64,000 nucleotides of DNA, from positions 77,686,001 through 77,750,000 of the forward strand of contig NC_091997.1 in assembly GCF_044704955.1 (NCBI RefSeq). Direction: 5' to 3'. The stretch comes from Pristiophorus japonicus (lineage: Eukaryota). The position numbers and the translations under genes were made by a program. Below, in pieces: positions 62,900-64,000 of this stretch (position 1 is the first letter of the stretch; each line of letters starts with the position of its first letter). The notes below the pieces were generated by a model, which made no database searches, had not been told where the DNA came from, and saw only the letters and a list, made by a program, of their open reading frames with translations.

Positions 62900-63424
62900 C
62901 GTTGCTGTCTCAGTTTGTGCCCCAGAGGGGCGGCAATGGCGGCAATGCTTCCAGCGCCCGCGGGGTTTTCAGTGCCGGTATCGGCGGAACGCGCGGCCGG
63001 TGTGTAACGCTCCTGGTCGCGACAAAGGGCTCAATATTTGCTTCCTGCCCGATCCGTAGTGCTGTGTGGCGCCCCCTGCTGGGAACGCCTGTGGAAGCGG
63101 ACGGTCTGAGCTGTAGCAGGTGCAGTGAGGTAAGTAATGCCCACCTCAGGTAAGGGGGATTATTCTTTTTTTTTTTGCGATTTACGTTGTGGTGGCATGA
63201 GTTATTTATTGGGAATGTTTTTGGTTGATTCTTGCCACGTTTTTTTTCCGCCCCAGTCCTCCCAGAGCGCTCCAAGAAGGAACACCTCCCTTAGCGCTCC
63301 GCCCCACACTCAGGGACCCGGTGACGAATTTTGCTGACTGAGGCTCAAACTGTTCCTGGGCGCAAACTTTACCGCCCCGCCGCCATTACCGCCCGAAATG
63401 AGCAGAACTGAAAATCCAGCCCCC
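62900..63424. mobile_element. GC-rich MITE-like fragment
   Basis: Ends GAAAATCCAGCCCCC. Confidence 0.45.
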
Positions 63425-63671
63425 ATAGTGCCCCTGAAGTGACCAGCAAACCACTGCAACCAGGAAGGTGGCATTCCACCCCAACTTTCTTGGGGCAGCT
63501 AAGAATGGGCACTAAATGCCACCTGGCACCATCCCAAGAATAAAAGAAATATTGATTCATCCCGCCTTCTCATCATGTCGCTTTCTGCAACGATGCCGCC
63601 AATTGACTCTTTAATCCTGCTTCGTGTCGTTCAATGGTCTGCACCAGTAATATTACACAAGTCTATTTAAG

Positions 63672-64000
63672 GTGTCAGCTGTGGCTCAGTGCAGCACTTT
63701 CGCCTCGGAGTCAGAAGGGACTTGAGCACATAAATCTAAGCTGACACTCCCAGTGCAGTGCTGAAGGAGCGCCGCACTGTCGGAGGTGCCGTCTTTCAGA
63801 TGAGACGTTAAACTGAGGCCCCGTCTGCTCTCTCAGGTGGGCGTAAAAGATCCCATCACACTATTTCGAAGACCAACAGGGGAGTTATCCCTAAATGTTT
63901 ATCCCTAAACCAACATCTAAAACAGATGATCTGGTCATTATCACATCGCTGTTTGTGGGAGCTTGCTGTGCGTGAAATGGCTGCCACGTTTCCTGCAGTA
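63672..64000 (+). mobile_element. DeuSINE, runs off the window
   Basis: Head and Deu domain. Confidence 0.85.

Overview
Eukaryotic, repeat-dominated DNA. The repeat content (SacSINE1/DeuSINE-type SINEs, several CR1 subfamilies, L2, RTE, Tx1, Vingi, Penelope, GC-rich MITEs) points to a cartilaginous fish (shark) genome. The only host coding sequence I can support is one 135-bp minus-strand exon at 29479-29613 encoding the transmembrane segment of CD276/B7-H3, so most of the window is probably very large CD276 intron. Nearly all ORFs in the supplied track are decayed LINE fragments or low-complexity artefacts. Main points of interest: (i) in-frame read-through of the CD276 TM exon into an adjacent CR1; (ii) six small solo LTRs with 5-bp TSDs, three carrying CTCF-type motifs; (iii) three inverted duplications that copy TE-TE junctions; (iv) an RTE insertion with twin-priming-like geometry; (v) a non-coding RTE-tailed element with a defined hairpin 5' end, in five copies; (vi) TE-free AT/TAAT-rich blocks that look like conserved non-coding elements. 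Family names are from recognition only, no database search was run, and most repeat boundaries are approximate unless a TSD or TIR is quoted.
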